A DNA stretch of 64,000 bases from an uncultured Gammaproteobacteria bacterium (lineage in GTDB: Bacteria > Pseudomonadota > Gammaproteobacteria > Tethybacterales > Tethybacteraceae). The notes under the pieces are model-generated. The model did no database searches and was not told where the DNA came from. It saw only the letters and a program-made list of their open reading frames with translations. The position numbers and the translations under genes are program-made. The DNA is taken from NCBI GenBank assembly GCA_964509765.1, contig CAZDYI010000011.1, forward strand, positions 12,824-76,823. Direction: 5' to 3'. This document shows, one piece after another, positions 63,101-64,000 of this stretch; position 1 is the first letter of the stretch; each line of letters opens with the position of its first letter.

Positions 63101-63806
63101 TCAGCTTGTAGTTGTTCAGCGGCCGCACCGTGTCCAGCAGGTTGTAGGACGCGGCGTACCAAAGCCTGTCGCCGTTGGCGTTGCGTATGTCGCCGGATCC
63201 GGCCCCCCTGATGAAGCTCGCGTAGTCGTTGTACTCGCGCCACGGAAGCCGGCCGAACGAGCTGTCGGTGACCAGCGGATCTGTCCTCGACCTGGAGGAG
63301 CACAGGACGAATGACGGGTCCGACACCCCGTCAAGGGACAGGTCGTTGAACGAGTCAAGGCCGTCGGGCACGTCCAGGGAACCCGCGCCGGTCTCGCTCA
63401 CGGCGAACGGGGAGACCAACTGGAAGTCCCCCACGTTGTCCGGGCACGGCAACTGCCCTGGCCGGAACGGAACCATCATGTCGTCGTTGAAGGTGCCGAC
63501 GACGTGCGCGTTGAACACGTTGTAAAGCGGCCTGATCGAGACGTTCCCGCTGAACTTGAACGGCGGGCTCGGCGGGTTGACCGCGTAGTCGATTATGGCC
63601 TTGCGGGCCTGGGAGAGGGCGGCGGGCGTCACCTTGGCCGCCTTGGCCTCCCGCTCGAGAATCTCGGACTGGAAGCTCACCACCCCGAAGGTGGTGATCC
63701 CGAACATGACGAGCACGAGCAGCAGGACCTGGACGAAGCCGCCCTGGGCTCCGCGGCGCCATGCGCCGCGCCTGCCCGCGCTTCCCGTGGTGGTCCTGTC
63801 GGTCAC
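54174..63806 (-). CDS. Giant (3210 aa) prepilin-like protein without Glu5 (GspK/tip-pilin-like) and with a huge non-repetitive G/P/T/S/D-rich C-terminal extension; candidate modular pilin/adhesin
   Basis: N-terminus 'MTDRTTTGSAGRRGAWRRGAQGG|FVQVLLLVLVMFGITTFGVV'; shares the head motifs 'LPCPDNVGD', 'VLCSS...GRLPW' with P1-P3; single uninterrupted 9.6-kb ORF. Confidence 0.7.
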   Translation of the reverse strand: MTDRTTTGSAGRRGAWRRGAQGGFVQVLLLVLVMFGITTFGVVSFQSEILEREAKAAKVTPAALSQARKAIIDYAVNPPSPPFKFSGNVSIRPLYNVFNAHVVGTFNDDMMVPFRPGQLPCPDNVGDFQLVSPFAVSETGAGSLDVPDGLDSFNDLSLDGVSDPSFVLCSSRSRTDPLVTDSSFGRLPWREYNDYASFIRGAGSGDIRNANGDRLWYAASYNLLDTVRPLNNYKLTRVLDDWLSVDIVDHPHDPSGDTVTTTIDGLAAVVISPGVHEGQQEGYWDEYRPSLTERPSLGSPDASNPAFALDPDNQDGDRRFVHNAGNADATMDQVAYVHREEILDAFSRQDADPHLDGISQALSDFYERNRHLPDPATFESSNSEYIIRRFGRPSKGVNRHLYDSRPVDYATFPPPPGSPPGAPDIMVPLGANFFPPFDMEDFERLQGGRVQYEFSPAFMDGVNYDAEIGSSVRAVGLLPAGEVPAVYVPNWVAGRVSVQDGMGSAIGNFQLPPVSELFHENGEMSLPTSSGPVEWIAVIEANTPLQLAAPVHTSPERPTNLSSTGTRTISTLVTAPATVIMTTRIGPPFEIQVPATSTLVMVNIGRNTPPDQSVDQEFQYCIPIPAGTPVAPTGSPPACAPGATYPIQTGRRTIPFRVPFISNELTLATSAGRGDSNYRSFSGDFNALFADLRPGHAGNLAELGYDIRLPAGTFIKTTVAVTIFGSDRQISIFTPDPRMPAVFTRAIDTRHAFPIIPSDDAFFSYGVTRDLGDITVPGAVIPDLAVPAMTPIASGSQGLLPTPPLPNQIPFLNSAVAFNHYESDPYPFDEVLPIFGEYSAARGGTLPRPFGRAIGSPQYIDRTQHEVLMITDPNGAYGYFPAEVTMHPIFDRNINQPRNLDPDENAPREITSPARLRIIGSEGTDGEYLATVHPYPISDGESVIAPTRLTLEGKVTMPHDTTFYYPAGAMVPLGEQRFSHGATGRLFGFYNRNAPRSLRPPSQLYGTNTGPLPGRSAVAHLPPGAVIENVDVANGIILPDGSEQSGTEVRARLTLVNGGQLRYSQLLHHDDGDFSMVPQTWGQAGFRIESMGMGLVSPNDFPEPVGDTLYDLLLSYMTDQPVVERDRIVNFLGTDYVVCDVGRGISVPLPASYPVTPLPSGFIVWGGFDVGDDSTGLPLSTIASCTSPFRETISGAPTNPSQVVYGSRVRTNLTNDPHHNGFHVYPYHNMVVPMSRRMGPFARYDTASVTIQADIAGTTPVEMTLLSLTIRTPSFEPLNPADTVTVSFIDNPISRLDVRYQAVGDPDRLAVNNIALQPAPNRAALASVGFSAYALTDEMGVGVELDTSAAAIVPVDTAAATLTVGRVYPGASALGTDFTVRIVAQTIDIDLAEGGFLMQANPGRINLGAEPLELTLGIPGLLTTSTPDPLSVTVTIANSHVALNQFGNWESSTPLVAPFRPGAALANPGGLFAGSELTNVLVSVIRTSGNPDTYIDPNLAELAIRLNPTTDIAPYGDSYQDASLAPSDTMPLGSSLPDSLRAVFDFHTDAMMYESNDQPFRRLLVPKGSKAEFGMLPNPALVADITTFTSSSPFFATLGVYSDDFAPGGRVFRGVGFSPIPSGAPSDRDRREGLRFSRDQHSFTGPARVSVVWVDSANVDSGRSLIPWGRGFRYRRGNDMSQVVERNFVREVPEGFAVNNPRLLIPAGRDIDAGRHVTSLTASMGANDTDLVVSGMILDSDIVLVGDSVEWLHDGTFIDGPVAFISSDFGWVDPSNSLLIRGNEVPGDDPDLSFSFVANSEGYQVVSTVRGGSAVARRAGGTVTKGQIFRLRSASAYDPLGRLRAQSLIELSWSKRDNDWQHTDFRPDDLVFAQNNPLFYAVADECREDRAGVEDEDCASGAGEGLNALALPGAAVQLPESSPPLAGLIVHGYRGSWIVPPDIEVVDGSGLTQTVAGVQFTEGGGLRAMRRSSDVNAIEPFPGFASFGTPGQTVVIRPGPRGMQFLQEEPGLTQPYHLPEVKPDDPTARGHQEPVTVVLGGYTLGNEALSSYRVTARMAGTLHLGGGTELAVSEHDDVEAAGLAVSIDLGPGSSYVEGSDTYDLSDMRLVDEVTGFEVAVRGDAVRTGPGLSLPEVLPGSTFQRVVDLGEVPLNICANRQGVSAYPSPLNPAITNNPLTFDPAGPPYNPTGGYPGLTGIWTPFNFPCSLTGTDFVPPAPHPNAVTNYPLSTMTLTIPSTITVDTTYGAAGAQDPDTRFEVVTLAPGEVAKFDTPGYAWQGAIEARTDIGVRAQSQIFETTTGEGEEWWMALRDHNFETAALALDAVTIAGLSPVPNPAHSRALPLNMAIPHNKTHDDAWLADYTGTQYPLNNTDVTIALPVGPPVYCPFCGVPFTLTLQQLGGANSQIGDVDVEILLTNVASQFQIREGGNTWNNIEGFFDVNITVQIDGDDIEDLVNTSGSGTFNEFRVQATDSGYQRAWSTAAMLPSTASTDGFSGHQNRAFDDGGNPVDFGFDPGDHTPSDTEPSHTAFLRVIDYSGGALNSEARFTLPQLTGFTLQRFGDQVTTLTVGQHMDLFAPVAFYKQPGVGMWPATTRISVDVPASFDNHWTPSRRAPPDENLRIPLLATDASQLYIERRQLPLSEQQDIVDFRSFYPELTEGILTHADLERNPIFNEIEVEFSESDPVISGRNLWLQVPTPAVTIGAEILPGGSIVYPELGLALPSRRLEQTSGPEIVLTLGANGAVGNVVAGGGGGSPGIYTRPSAITTSVAISLGSSTTPYESINSGRVQYEVDGIGFRGGRIVTDTATPALGDYRLLTVRFAIPDELLPSGANFTSAVLDTRAMDSVFRNEDVEAADPSAFDPSNFAMDPQYEFAPHLHRIVFPANAEITLHRYFTDLTDPTEVDAQRSVTLFAGTTLDPHEPTSADAGFRPAMAYDVGGMVIDRRIEPAVTTPFADLTDTSRTQILGFNDDLTAMENPIYQNMWVRVLDDVELVLDAVTLTIPANSVINPLLGTYLPSSEVDIQHFSDNIRLNARSSVALYTGTEMEFAPPAARLPQGITIHIGGRPVRFTNIKALIGHSPEPLIEYAVCASADEVIEFSQQRELITRRNLLDVTYEFDGPGAADLLRLENALDSTPWGSDGPVDPQSTQVGDAHKCMLLDDPENTDLDDYFLFGNIHRSDGSGSPRAGVPGNDVFRMVGGRMSQQ

Positions 63807-64000
63807 GTCAACGTGGTCCTTGCCTGCCCTGTGACAATGTAAAAGCGTGCCAAAGTGCGCCGTGCTGGCCGGGACGCAAAGGGCGTACCCGGTCAGCGGC
63901 GTATTCTATGCCATTGGCCGCCGAATTCGAGCGAGTAGCGGTTTTCCGATATCCAGGTCGGCCAAGACGAGTAATGGCGAAGACCGGAAGGTCCGGCAGG

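Overview
High-GC (~65-70%) proteobacterial chromosome segment (Beta- or Gammaproteobacteria by gene order; no finer call). The core is a complete, tightly coupled dcw cell-division/cell-wall cluster on the + strand, 17.5-35.7 kb: mraZ-rsmH-ftsL-ftsI-murE-murF-mraY-murD-ftsW-murG-murC-murB-ddl-ftsQ-ftsA-ftsZ-lpxC. It is preceded by housekeeping genes (AGE-family epimerase, icd, ileS, gshB, a glycine-zipper lipoprotein). The 5' 10 kb is an accessory patch: an XRE-HTH/ImmA peptidase plus PIN, a DUF433/DUF5615 TA cassette bracketed by ~120-bp direct repeats, a DUF4143 AAA ATPase, and a protein with three tandem Xre-antitoxin-like repeats coupled to an unknown partner. Directly after lpxC, a ~12.6 kb lower-GC defence island (35.75-48.4 kb) is inserted before hemL. 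It holds three different OLD/ABC-type ('EEPExHLHP') ATPase modules, each with a different partner (PD-(D/E)xK-like, small membrane protein, PIN-like). A fourth ATPase+PIN module is inactivated only by in-frame stop codons. A C5 cytosine MTase + MORC-like GHKL-ATPase/nuclease candidate restriction pair also sits in the island. The most striking feature (49.7-63.8 kb, - strand) is a translationally coupled operon of four prepilin-type proteins. Three are large pseudopilins (446-540 aa) with canonical G|Y(S/T)(L/V)VE class-III leaders. The fourth is a 3210-aa giant with a prepilin-like N-terminus lacking Glu5 (GspK-like). All four share an N-terminal head with an LPCPD-(V/I)(N/D)GDG-x-EDR Ca-binding-like loop and a second conserved Cys. 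No assembly ATPase, platform or secretin is in the window. No rRNA, tRNA or CRISPR was seen.
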